NCBI GenBank assembly: GCA_040954595.2 | Contig: CM082582.2 | Coordinates: 9,849,483-9,913,482 of the forward strand | Source of the DNA: Balanoglossus misakiensis | Taxonomy: Eukaryota > Animalia > Hemichordata | DNA length: 64,000 nucleotides | Reading direction: 5' to 3' | Part shown: piece by piece, positions 1 through 13,600 of the stretch | Layout of the letters: each line of letters begins with the position of its first letter | Position numbering within the stretch: the stretch's first letter is position 1 | Made by a program: the position numbers and the translations under genes | The notes under the pieces: model-generated | Seen by the model: only the letters and a program-made list of their open reading frames with translations | Database searches by the model: none | What the model was told of the DNA's origin: nothing

Positions 1-3000
1 CGAAATTTGGCCGATTTTTGAAAAAATCATGGGTTATAGCTCAGGAAAATCGTCAAAAAATGACAATTTTTCGACTTTGCGGAATTTCGAAATTTGGCCG
101 ATTTTTGAAAAAATCATGGGTTATAGCTCAGGAAAATCGTCAAAAAATGACAATTTTTCGACTTTGCGGAATTTCGAAATTTGGCCGATTTTTGAAAAAA
201 TCATGGGTTATAGCCCAGGAAAATCGTCAAAAAATGACAATTTTTCGACTTTGCGGAAATTCGAAATTTGGCCGATTTTTGAAAAAATCATGGGTTATAG
301 CTCAGGAAAATCGTCAAAAAATGACAATTTTTCGACTTTGCGGAATTTCGAAATTTGGCCGATTTTTGAAAAAATCATGGGTTATAGCTCAGGAAAATCG
401 TCAAAAATTGACAATTTTTCGACTTTGCGGAATTTCGAAATTTGGCCGATTTTTGAAAAAATCATGGGTTATAGCTCAGGAAAATCGTCAAAAAATGACA
501 ATTTTTCGACTTTGCGGAATTTCGAAATTTGGCCGATTTTTGAAAAAATCATGGGTTATAGCTCAGGAAAATCGTCAAAAAATGACAATTTTTCGACTTT
601 GCGGAATTTCGAAATTTGGCCGATTTTTGAAAAAATCATGGGTTATAGCTCAGGAAAATCGTCAAAAAATGACAATTTTTCGACTTTGCGGAATTTCGAA
701 ATTTGGCCGATTTTTGAAAAAATCATGGGTTATAGCTCAGGAAAATCGTCAAAAAATGACAATTTTTCGACTTTGCGGAATTTCGAAATTTGGCCGATTT
801 TTGAAAAAATCATGGGTTATAGCTCAGGAAAATCGTCAAAAAATGACAATTTTTCGACTTTGCGGAATTTCGAAATTTGGCCGATTTTTGAAAAAATCAT
901 GGGTTATAGCCCAGGAAAATCGTCAAAAAATGACAATTTTTCGACTTTGCGGAAATTCGAAATTTGGCCGATTTTTGAAAAAATCATGGGTTATAGCTCA
1001 GGAAAATCGTCAAAAAATGACAATTTTTCGACTTTGCGGAATTTCGAAATTTGGCCGATTTTTGAAAAAATCATGGGTTATAGCTCATGAAAATCGTCAA
1101 AAAATGACAATTTTTCGACTTTGCGGAATTTCGAAATTTGGCCGATTTTTGAAAAAATCATGGGTTATAGCTCAGGAAAATCGTCAAAAAATGACAATTT
1201 TTCGACTTTGCGGAATTTCGAAATTTGGCCGATTTTTGAAAAAATCATGGGTTATAGCTCAGGAAAATCGTCAAAAAATGACAATTTTTCGACTTTGCGG
1301 AATTTCGAAATTTGGCCGATTTTTGAAAAAAATCATGGGTTATAGCTCAGGAAAATCGTCAAAAAATGACAATTTTTCGACTTTGCGGAATTTCGAAATT
1401 TGGCCGATTTTTGAAAAAATCATGGGTTATAGCTCAGGAAAATCGTCAAAAAATGACATTTTTCGACTTTGCGGAATTTCGAAATTTGGCCGATTTTTGA
1501 AAAAATCATGGGTTATAGCTCAGGAAAATCGTCAAAAAATGACAATTTTTCGACTTTGCGGAATTTCGAAATTTGGCCGATTTTTGAAAAAATCATGGGT
1601 TATAGCTCAGGAAAATCGTCAAAAAATGACAATTTTTCGACTTTGCGGAATTTCGAAATTTGGCCGATTTTTGAAAAAATCATGGGTTATAGCTCAGGAA
1701 AATCGTCAAAAAATGACAATTTTTCGACTTTGCGGAATTTCGAAATTTGGCCGATTTTTGAAAAAATCATGGGTTATAGCTCAGGAAAATCGTCAAAAAA
1801 TGACAATTTTTCGACTTTGCGGAATTTCGAAATTTGGCCGATTTTTGAAAAAATCATGGGTTATAGCCCAGGAAAATCGTCAAAAAATGACAATTTTTCG
1901 ACTTTGCGGAATTTCGAAATTTGGCCGATTTTTGAAAAAATCATGGGTTATAGCTCAGGAAAATCGTCAAAAAATGACAATTTTTCGACTTTGCGGAATT
2001 TCGAAATTTGGCCGATTTTTGAAAAAATCATGGGTTATAGCTCAGGAAAATCGTCAAAAAATGACAATTTTTCGACTTTGCGGAATTTCGAAATTTGGCC
2101 GATTTTTGAAAAAATCATGGGTTATAGCTAAGGAAAATCGTCAAAAAATGACAATTTTTCGACTTTGCGGAATTTCGAAATTTGGCCGATTTTTGAAAAA
2201 ATCATGGGTTATAGCTCAGGAAAATCGTCAAAAAATGACAATTTTTCGACTTTGCGGAATTTCGAAATTTGGCCGATTTTTGAAAAAATCATGGGTTATA
2301 GCTCATGAAAATCGTCAAAAAATGACAATTTTTCGACTTTGCGGAATTTCGAAATTTGGCCGATTTTTGAAAAAATCATGGGTTATAGCTCAGGAAAATC
2401 GTCAAAAAATGACAATTTTTCGACTTTGCGGAATTTCGAAATTTGGCCGATTTTTGAAAAAATCATGGGTTATAGCTCAGGAAAATCGTCAAAAAATGAC
2501 AATTTTTCGACTTTGCGGAATTTCGAAATTTGGCCGATTTTTGAAAAAATCATGGGTTATAGCTCAGGAAAATCGTCAAAAAATGACAATTTTTCGACTT
2601 TGCGGAATTTCGAAATTTGGCCGATTTTTGAAAAAATCATGGGTTATAGCTCAGGAAAATCGTCAAAAAATGACAATTTTTCGACTATGCGGAATTTCGA
2701 AATTTGGCCGATTTTTGAAAAAATCATGGGTTATAGCTCAGGAAAATCGTCAAAAAATGACAATTTTTCGACTTTGCGGAATTTCGAAATTTGGCCGATT
2801 TTTGAAAAAATCATGGGTTATAGCTCAGGAAAATCGTCAAAAAATGACAATTTTTCGACTTTGCGGAATTTCGAAATTTGGCCGATTTTTGAAAAAATCA
2901 TGGGTTATAGCTCAGGAAAATCGTCAAAAAATGACAATTTTTCGACTTTGCGGAATTTCGAAATTTGGCCGATTTTTGAAAAAATCATGGGTTATAGCTC

Positions 3001-6000
3001 AGGAAAATCGTCAAAAAATGACAATTTTTCGACTTTGCGGAATTTCGAAATTTGGCCGATTTTTGAAAAAATCATGGGTTATAGCTCAGGAAAATCGTCA
3101 AAAAATGACAATTTTTCGACTTTGCGGAATTTCGAAATTTGGCCGATTTTTGAAAAAATCATGGGTTATAGCTCAGGAAAATCGTCAAAAAATGACAATT
3201 TTTCGACTTTGCGGAATTTCGAAATTTGGCCGATTTTTGAAAAAATCATGGGTTATAGCTCAGGAAAATCGTCAAAAAATGACAATTTTTCGACTTTGCG
3301 GAATTTCGAAATTTGGCCGATTTTTGAAAAAATCATGGGTTATAGCTCAGGAAAATCGTCAAAAAATGACAATTTTTCGACTTTGCGGAATTTCGAAATT
3401 TGGCCGATTTTTGAAAAAATCATGGGTTATAGCTCAGGAAAATCGTCAAAAATGACAATTTTTCGACTTTGCGGAATTTCGAAATTTGGCCGATTTTTGA
3501 AAAAATCATGGGTTATAGCTCAGGAAAATCGTCAAAAAATGACAATTTTTCGACTTTGCGGAATTTCGAAATTTGGCCGATTTTTGAAAAAATCATGGGT
3601 TATAGCTCAGGAAAATCGTCAAAAAATGACAATTTTTCGACTTTGCGGAATTTCGAAATTTGGCCGATTTTTGAAAAAAACATGGGTTATAGCTCATGAA
3701 AATCGTCAAAAAATGACAATTTTTCGACTTTGCGGAATTTCGAAATTTGGCCGATTTTTGAAAAAATCATGGGTTATAGCTCAGGAAAATCGTCAAAAAA
3801 TGACAATTTTTCGACTTTGCGGAATTTCGAAATTTGGCCGATTTTTGAAAAAAATCATGGGTTATAGCTCAGGAAAATCGTCAAAAAATGACAATTTTTC
3901 GACTTTGCGGAATTTCGAAATTTGGCCGATTTTTGAAAAAATCATGGGTTATAGCTCAGGAAAATCGTCAAAAAATGACAATTTTTCGACTTTGCGGAAT
4001 TTCGAAATTTCTTCATTTTTTTGAAAAAACCATGGGTTATAGCTCATGAAAATCATCCAGAAATGACAATTTTTCGACTTTGCGAAATTTCAAAATTTCT
4101 TCATTTTTTTGAAAAAACCATGGGTTATAGCTCATGAAAATCATCCAGAAATGACAATTTTTCGACTTTGCGGAATTTCGAAATTTGGCCGATTTTTGAA
4201 AAAATCATGGGTTATAGCTCAGGAAAATCGTCAAAAAATGACAATTTTTCGACTTTGCGGAATTTCGAAATTTGGCCGATTTTTGAAAAAATCATGGGTT
4301 ATAGCTCAGGAAAATCGTCAAAAAATGACAATTTTTCGACTATGCGGAATTTCGAAATTTGGCCGATTTTTGAAAAAATCATGGGTTATAGCTCAGGAAA
4401 ATCGTCAAAAAATGACAATTTTTCGACTTTGCGGAATTTCGAAATTTGGCCGATTTTTGAAAAAATCATGGGTTATAGCTCAGGAAAATCGTCAAAAAAT
4501 GACAATTTTTCGACTTTGCGGAATTTCGAAATTTGGCCGATTTTTGAAAAAATCATGGGTTATAGCTCAGGAAAATCGTCAAAAAATGACAATTTTTCGA
4601 CTTTGCGGAATTTCGAAATTTGGCCGATTTTTGAAAAAATCATGGGTTATAGCTCAGGAAAATCGTCAAAAAATGACAATTTTTCGACTTTGCGGAATTT
4701 CGAAATTTGGCCGATTTTTGAAAAAATCATGGGTTATAGCTCAGGAAAATCGTCAAAAAATGACAATTTTTCGACTTTGCGGAATTTCGAAATTTGGCCG
4801 ATTTTTGAAAAAATCATGGGTTATAGCTCAGGAAAATCGTCAAAAAATGACAATTTTTCGACTTTGCGGAATTTCGAAATTTGGCCGATTTTTGAAAAAA
4901 TCATGGGTTATAGCTCAGGAAAATCGTCAAAAAATGACAATTTTTCGACTTTGCGGAATTTCGAAATTTGGCCGATTTTTGAAAAAATCATGGGTTATAG
5001 CTCAGGAAAATCGTCAAAAAATGACAATTTTTCGACTTTGCGGAATTTCGAAATTTGGCCGATTTTTGAAAAAATCATGGGTTATAGCTCAGGAAAATCG
5101 TCAAAAAATGACAATTTTTCGACTTTGCGGAATTTCGAAATTTGGCCGATTTTTGAAAAAATCATGGGTTATAGCTCATGAAAATCGTCAAAAAATGACA
5201 ATTTTTCGACTTTGCGGAATTTCGAAATTTGGCCGATTTTTGAAAAAATCATGGGTTATAGCTCAGGAAAATCGTCAAAAAATGACAATTTTTCGACTTT
5301 GCGGAATTTCGAAATTTGGCCGATTTTTGAAAAAAATCATGGGTTATAGCTCAGGAAAATCGTCAAAAAATGACAATTTTTCGACTTTGCGGAATTTCGA
5401 AATTTGGCCGATTTTTGAAAAAATCATGGGTTATAGCTCAGGAAAATCGTCAAAAAATGACAATTTTTCGACTTTGCGGAATTTCGAAATTTCTTCATTT
5501 TTTTGAAAAAACCATGGGTTATAGCTCATGAAAATCATCCAGAAATGACAATTTTTCGACTTTGCGAAATTTCAAAATTTCTTCATTTTTTTGAAAAAAC
5601 CATGGGTTATAGCTCATGAAAATCATCCAGAAATGACAATTTTTCGACTTTGCGGAATTTCGAAATTTGGCCGATTTTTGAAAAAATCATGGGTTATAGC
5701 TCAGGAAAATCGTCAAAAAATGACAATTTTTCGACTTTGCGGAATTTCGAAATTTGGCCGATTTTTGAAAAAATCATGGGTTATAGCTCAGGAAAATCGT
5801 CAAAAAATGACAATTTTTCGACTTTGCGGAATTTCGAAATTTGGCCGATTTTTGAAAAAATCATGGGTTATAGCTCAGGAAAATCGTCAAAAATGACAAT
5901 TTTTCGACTTTGCGGAATTTCGAAATTTGGCCGATTTTTGAAAAAATCATGGGTTATAGCTCAGGAAAATCGTCAAAAAATGACAATTTTTCGACTTTGC

Positions 6001-9000
6001 GGAATTTCGAAATTTGGCCGATTTTTGAAAAAATCATGGGTTATAGCTCAGGAAAATCGTCAAAAAATGACAATTTTTCGACTTTGCGGAATTTCGAAAT
6101 TTGGCCGATTTTTGAAAAAATCATGGGTTATAGCTCATGAAAATCGTCAAAAAATGACAATTTTTCGACTTTGCGGAATTTCGAAATTTGGCCGATTTTT
6201 GAAAAAATCATGGGTTATAGCTCAGGAAAATCGTCAAAAAATGACAATTTTTCGACTTTGCGGAATTTCGAAATTTGGCCGATTTTTGAAAAAAATCATG
6301 GGTTATAGCTCAGGAAAATCGTCAAAAAATGACAATTTTTCGACTTTGCGGAATTTCGAAATTTGGCCGATTTTTGAAAAAATCATGGGTTATAGCTCAG
6401 GAAAATCGTCAAAAAATGACAATTTTTCGACTTTGCGGAATTTCGAAATTTCTTCATTTTTTTGAAAAAACCATGGGTTATAGCTCATGAAAATCATCCA
6501 GAAATGACAATTTTTCGACTTTGCGAAATTTCAAAATTTCTTCATTTTTTTGAAAAAACCATGGGTTATAGCTCATGAAAATCATCCAGAAATGACAATT
6601 TTTCGACTTTGCGGAATTTCGAAATTTGGCCGATTTTTGAAAAAATCATGGGTTATAGCTCAAGAAAATCGTCAAAAAATGACAATTTTTCGACTTTGCG
6701 GAATTTCGAAATTTGGCCGATTTTTGAAAAAATCATGGGTTATAGCTCAGGAAAATCGTCAAAAAATGACAATTTTTCGACTTTGCGGAATTTCGAAATT
6801 TGGCCGATTTTTGAAAAAATCATGGGTTATAGCTCAGGAAAATCGTCAAAAAATGACAATTTTTCGACTATGCGGAATTTCGAAATTTGGCCGATTTTTG
6901 AAAAAATCATGGGTTATAGCTCAGGAAAATCGTCAAAAAATGACAATTTTTCGACTTTGCGGAATTTCGAAATTTGGCCGATTTTTGAAAAAATCATGGG
7001 TTATAGCTCAGGAAAATCGTCAAAAAATGACAATTTTTCGACTTTGCGGAATTTCGAAATTTGGCCGATTTTTGAAAAAATCATGGGTTATAGCTCAGGA
7101 AAATCGTCAAAAAATGACAATTTTTCGACTTTGCGGAATTTCGAAATTTCTTCATTTTTTTGAAAAAACCATGGGTTATAGCTCATGAAAATCATCCAGA
7201 AATGACAATTTTTCGACTTTGCGAAATTTCAAAATTTCTTCATTTTTTTGAAAAAACCATGGGTTATAGCTCATGAAAATCATCCAGAAATGACAATTTT
7301 TCGACTTTGCGGAATTTCGAAATTTGGCCGATTTTTGAAAAAATCATGGGTTATAGCTCAAGAAAATCGTCAAAAAATGACAATTTTTCGACTTTGCGGA
7401 ATTTTGAAATTTGGCCGATTTTTGAAAAAATCATGGGTTATAGCTCAGGAAAATCGTCAAAAAATGACAATTTTTCGACTTTGCGGAATTTCGAAATTTG
7501 GCCGATTTTTGAAAAAATCATGGGTTATAGCTCAGGAAAATCGTCAAAAAATGACAATTTTTCGACTTTGCGGAATTTCGAAATTTGGCCGATTTTTGAA
7601 AAAATCATGGGTTATAGCTCAGGAAAATCGTCAAAAAATGAAAATTTTTCGACTTTGCGGAATTTCGAAATTTGGCCGATTTTTGAAAAAATCATGGGTT
7701 ATAGCTCAGGAAAATCGTCAAAAAATGACAATTTTTCGACTTTGCGGAATTTCGAAATTTGGCCGATTTTTGAAAAAATCATGGGTTATAGCTCAGGAAA
7801 ATCGTCAAAAAATGACAATTTTTCGACTTTGCGGAATTTCGAAATTTGGCCGATTTTTGAAAAAATCATGGGTTATAGCTCAGGAAAATCGTCAAAAAAT
7901 GACAATTTTTCGACTTTGCGGAATTTCGAAATTTGGCCGATTTTTGAAAAAATCATGGGTTATAGCTCAGGAAAATCGTCAAAAAATGACAATTTTTCGA
8001 CTTTGCGGAATTTCGAAATTTGGCCAATTTTTGAAAAAATCATGGGTTATAGCTCAGGAAAATCGTCAAAAAATGACAATTTTTCGACTTTGCGGAATTT
8101 CGAAATTTGGCCGATTTTTGAAAAAATCATGGGTTATAGCCCAGGAAAATCGTCAAAAAATGACAATTTTTCGACTTTGCGGAAATTCGAAATTTGGCCG
8201 ATTTTTGAAAAAATCATGGGTTATAGCTCAGGAAAATCGTCAAAAAATGACAATTTTTCGACTTTGCGGAATTTCGAAATTTGGCCGATTTTTGAAAAAA
8301 TCATGGGTTATAGCTCAGGAAAATCGTCAAAAAATGACTATTTTTCGACTTTGCGGAATTTCGAAATTTGGCCGATTTTTGAAAAAATCATGGGTTATAG
8401 CTCAGGAAAATCGTCAAAAAATGACAATTTTTCGACTTTGCGGAATTTCGAAATTTGGCCGATTTTTGAAAAAATCATGGGTTATAGCTCAGGAAAATCG
8501 TCAAAAAATGACAATTTTTCGACTTTGCGGAATTTCGAAATTTGGCCGATTTTTGAAAAAATCATGGGTTATAGCTCAGGAAAATCGTCAAAAAATGACA
8601 ATTTTTCGACTTTGCGGAATTTCGAAATTTGGCCGATTTTTGAAAAAATCATGGGTTATAGCTCAGGAAAATCGTCAAAAAATGACAATTTTTCGACTTT
8701 GCGGAATTTCGAAATTTGGCCGATTTTTGAAAAAATCATGGGTTATAGCTCAGGAAAATCGTCAAAAAATGACAATTTTTCGACTTTGCGGAATTTCGAA
8801 ATTTGGCCGATTTTTGAAAAAATCATGGGTTATAGCTCAGGAAAATCGTCAAAAAATGACAATTTTTCGACTTTGCGGAATTTCGAAATTTGGCCGATTT
8901 TTGAAAAAATCATGGGTTATAGCTCAGGAAAATCGTCAAAAAATGACAATTTTTCGACTTTGCGGAATTTCGAAATTTGGCCGATTTTTGAAAAAAATCA

Positions 9001-12000
9001 TGGGTTATAGCTCAGGAAAATCGTCAAAAAATGACAATTTTTCGACTTTGCGGAATTTCGAAATTTGGCCGATTTTTGAAAAAAATCATGGGTTATAGCT
9101 CAGGAAAATCGTCAAAAAATGACAATTTTTCGACTTTGCGGAATTTCGAAATTTGGCCGATTTTTGAAAAAATCATGGGTTATAGCTCAGGAAAATCGTC
9201 AAAAAATGACAATTTTTCGACTTTGCGGAATTTCGAAATTTGGCCGATTTTTGAAAAAATCATGGGTTATAGCTCAGGAAAATCGTCAAAAAATGACAAT
9301 TTTTCGACTTTGCGGAATTTCGAAATTTGGCCGATTTTTGAAAAAATCATGGGTTATAGCTCAGGAAAATCGTCAAAAAATGACAATTTTTCGACTTTGC
9401 GGAATTTCGAAATTTGGCCGATTTTTGAAAAAATCATGGGTTATAGCTCAGGAAAATCGTCAAAAAATGACAATTTTTCGACTTTGCAGAATTTCGAAAT
9501 TTGGCCGATTTTTGAAAAAATCATGGGTTATAGCTCAGGAAAATCGTCAAAAAATGACAATTTTTCGACTTTGCGGAATTTCGAAATTTGGCCGATTTTT
9601 GAAAAAATCATGGGTTATAGCTCATGAAAATCATCCAGAAATGAAAATTTTTCGACTTTGCGAAATTTCAAAATTTCTTCATTTTTTTGAAAAAACCATG
9701 GGTTATAGCTCATGAAAATCATCCAGAAATGACAATTTTTCGACTTTGCGGAATTTCGAAATTTGGCCGATTTTTGAAAAAATCATGGGTTATAGCTCAG
9801 GAAAATCGTCAAAAAATGACAATTTTTCGACTTTGCGGAATTTCGAAATTTGGCCGATTTTTGAAAAAAATCATGGGTTATAGCTCAGGAAAATCGTCAA
9901 AAAATGACAATTTTTCGACTTTGCGGAATTTCGAAATTTGGCCGATTTTTGAAAAAATCATGGGTTATAGCTCAGGAAAATCGTCAAAAAATGACAATTT
10001 TTCGACTTTGCGGAATTTCGAAATTTGGCCGATTTTTGAAAAAATCATGGGTTATAGCTCAGGAAAATCGTCAAAAAATGACAATTTTTCGACTTTGCGG
10101 AATTTCGAAATTTGGCCGATTTTTGAAAAAATCATGGGTTATAGCTCAGGAAAATCGTCAAAAAATGACAATTTTTCGACTTTTCGGAATTTCGAAATTT
10201 GGCCGATTTTTGAAAAAATCATGGGTTATAGCTCAGGAAAATCGTCAAAAAATGACAATTTTTCGACTTTGCGGAATTTCGAAAATTGGCCGATTTTTGA
10301 AAAAATCATGGGTTATAGCTCAGGAAAATCGTCAAAAAATGACAATTTTTCGACTTTGCGGAATTTCGAAATTTGGCCGATTTTTGAAAAAATCATGGGT
10401 TATAGCTCAGGAAAATCGTCAAAAAATGAAAATTTTTCGACTTTGCGGAATTTCGAAATTTGGCCGATTTTTGAAAAAATCATGGGTTATAGCTCAGGAA
10501 AATCGTCAAAAAATGAAAATTTTTCGACTTTGCGGAATTTCGAAATTTGGCCGATTTTTGAAAAAATCATGGGTTATAGCTCAGGAAAATCGTCAAAAAA
10601 TGACAATTTTTCGACTTTGCGGAATTTCGAAATTTGGCCGATTTTTGAAAAAATCATGGGTTATAGCTCAGGAAAATCGTCAAAAAATGACAATTTTTCG
10701 ACTTTGCGAAATTTCAAAATTTCTTCATTTTTTTTTAAAAAAACATGGGTTATAGCTCAGGAAAATCGTCAAAAAATGACAATTTTTCGACTTTGCGGAA
10801 TTTCGAAATTTGGCCGATTTTTGAAAAAATCATGGGTTATAGCTCAGGAAAATCGTCAAAAAATGACAATTTTTCGACTTTGCGGAATTTCGAAATTTGG
10901 CCGATTTTTGAAAAAATCATGGGTTATAGCTCAGGAAAATCGTCAAAAAATGACAATTTTTCGACTTTGCGAAATTTCGAAATTTCTTCATTTTTTTGAA
11001 AAAAACCATGGGTTATAGCTCATGAAAATCATCCAGAAATGACAATTTTTCGACTTTGCGAAATTTCGAAATTTCTTCATTTTTTTGAAAAAACCATGGG
11101 TTATAGCTCATGAAAATCATCCAGAAATGACAATTTTTCGACTTTGCGAAATTTCAAAATTTCTTCATTTTTTTGAAAAAACCATGGGTTATAGCTCATG
11201 AAAATCATCCAGAAATGACAATTTTTCGACTTTGCGAAATTTCAAAATTTCTTCATTTTTTTGAAAAAACCATGGGTTATAGCTCAGGAAAATCATCCAG
11301 AAATAACAATTTTTCGACTTTGCGAAATTTCAAAATTTCGTCATTTTTTTGAAAAAACCATGGGTTATAGCTCATGAAAATCATCCAGAAATGACAATTT
11401 TTCGACTTTGCGAAATTTCGAAATTTCTTCATTTTTTTGAAAAAAACCATGGGTTATAGCTCATGAAAATCATCCAGAAATGACAATTTTTCGACTTTGC
11501 GAAATTTCGAAATTTCTTCATTTTTTTGAAAAAACCATGGGTTATAGCTCATGAAAATCATCCAGAAATGACAATTTTTCGACTTTGCGAAATTTCGAAA
11601 TTTGGCCGATTTTTGAAAAAACCATGGGTTATAGCTCATGAAAATCTTCCAGAAATGACAATTTTTCGACTTTGCGAAATTTCAAAATTTCTTCATTTTT
11701 TTGAAAAAACCATGGGTTATAGCTCATGAAAATCATCCAGAAATGACAATTTTTCGACTTTGCGAAATTTCAAAATTTCTTCATTTTTTTGAAAAAACCA
11801 TGGGTTATAGCTCATGAAAATCATCCAGAAATGACAATTTTTCGACTTTGCGAAATTTCAAAATTTCTTCATTTTTTTGAAAAAACCATGGGTTATAGCT
11901 CATGAAAATCATCCAGAAATGACAATTTTTCGACTTAGCGAAATTTCAAAATTTCGTCATTTTTTGAAAAAACCATGGGTTATAGCTCATGAAAATCATC

Positions 12001-13290
12001 CAGAAATGACAATTTTTCGACTTTGCGAAATTTCAAAATTTCTTCATTTTTTTGAAAAAACCATGGGTTATAGCTCATGAAAATCATCCAGAAATAACAA
12101 TTTTTCGACTTTGCGAAATTTCAAAATTTCTTCATTTTTTTGAAAAAACCATGGGTTATAGCTCATGAAAATCATCCAGAAATGACAATTTTTCGACTTT
12201 GCGAAATTTCAAAATTTCTTCATTTTTTTGAAAAAACCATGGGTTATAGCTCATGAAAATCATCCAGAAATGACAATTTTTCGACTTAGCGAAATTTCAA
12301 AATTTCGTCATTTTTTGAAAAAACCATGGGTTATAGCTCATGAAAATCATCCAGAAATGACAATTTTTCGACTTTGCGAAATTTCAAAATTTCTTCATTT
12401 TTTTGAAAAAACCATGGGTTATAGCTCATGAAAATCATCCAGAAATGACAATTTTTCGACTTTGCGAAATTTCAAAATTTCTTCATTTTTTTGAAAAAAC
12501 CATGGGTTATAGCTCATGAAAATCATCCAGAAATAACAATTTTTCGACTTTGCGAAATTTCAAAATTTCTTCATTTTTTTGAAAAAACCATGGGTTATAG
12601 CTCATGAAAATCATCCAGAAATGACAATTTTTCGACTTTGCGAAATTTCAAAATTTCTTCATTTTTTTGAAGAAACCATGGGTTATAGCTCATGAAAATC
12701 ATCCAGAAACGACAATTTTTCGACTTTGCGACATTTCAAAATTTCGTCATTTTTTTGAAAAAACCATAGGTTATAGCTCATGAAAATCATCCAGAAATGA
12801 CAATTTTTCGACCTTGCGAAATTTCAAAATTTCTTCATTTTTTTGAAAAAACCATGGGTTATAGCTCATGAAAATCATCCAGAAATAAGAATTTGTAGAC
12901 TTTGCGAAATTTCAAAATTTCTTCATTTTTTTGAAAAAAACCATGGGTTATAGCTCATGAAAATCATCCAGAAATGACAATTTTTAGACTTTGCGAAATT
13001 TCAAAATTTCTTCATTTTTTTGAAAAAAACATGGGTTATAGCTCATGAAAATCATCCAGAAATGACAATTTTTCGACTTTGCGAAATTTCTAAATTTCTT
13101 CATTTTTTAAAAAAAAACATGGGTTATAGCTCATGAAAATCATCCAGAAATGACAATTTTTAGACTTTGCGAAATTTCAAAATTTCTTCATTTTTTTTAA
13201 AAAACCATGGGTTATAGCTCATGAAAATCATCCAGAAATGACAATTTTTCGACTTTGCGAAATTTCAAAATTTTTCACTTTTTTGAAAAA
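1..13290. repeat. Satellite DNA tandem array, 87/88-bp monomer, ~150 copies (continues past left edge)
   Basis: Type A (87 bp) CGAAATTTGGCCGATTTTTGAAAAAATCATGGGTTATAGCTCAGGAAAATCGTCAAAAAATGACAATTTTTCGACTTTGCGGAATTT dominates 1-~10970. Type B (88 bp) CAAAATTTCTTCATTTTTTTGAAAAAACCATGGGTTATAGCTCATGAAAATCATCCAGAAATGACAATTTTTCGACTTTGCGAAATTT dominates ~10970-13290 and appears as pairs inside the A zone. Confidence 0.99.
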
Positions 13291-13600
13291 ATTGTCATTT
13301 TTGGATGATTTTCATGAGCTATAACCCATGAAAATCATAAAAAATGATGAAATTTCTAAATTTCGCCAAATCGAAAAATTGTCAGTTTTTGATGATCTTC
13401 ATGAGCTATAACCCATGAAAATTTTCAAAAATCATGAAATTTTTAAATTTCGCCAATGGAAAAATTGTAAGTTTTTGATGATTTTCATGAGCTATAGCCC
13501 ATGAAAATTTAAAAGAATCATGAAATCTTTTAAATTTCGCGAAATCGAAAAATTGATTGTACTCAATCCAGAGGCGTCAGAATTATCATGAGCTATAGCC
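13285..13600 (-). repeat. Inverted, diverged satellite monomers (~3-4 units) at the array border
   Basis: AAAAATTGTCATTTTTGGATGATTTTCATGAGCTATAACCCATG (13287-13330) is the reverse complement of the B monomer core. The motif recurs at ~87-bp spacing with increasing decay. Confidence 0.93.

Noticed and set aside
18-12431. Long repetitive ORFs (up to 1145 aa, 29-aa period)
   Set aside because: They follow from an 87-bp (3x29) monomer that is stop-free in two frames. Free frameshifting at homopolymers and the 88-bp B monomer show no reading-frame constraint.
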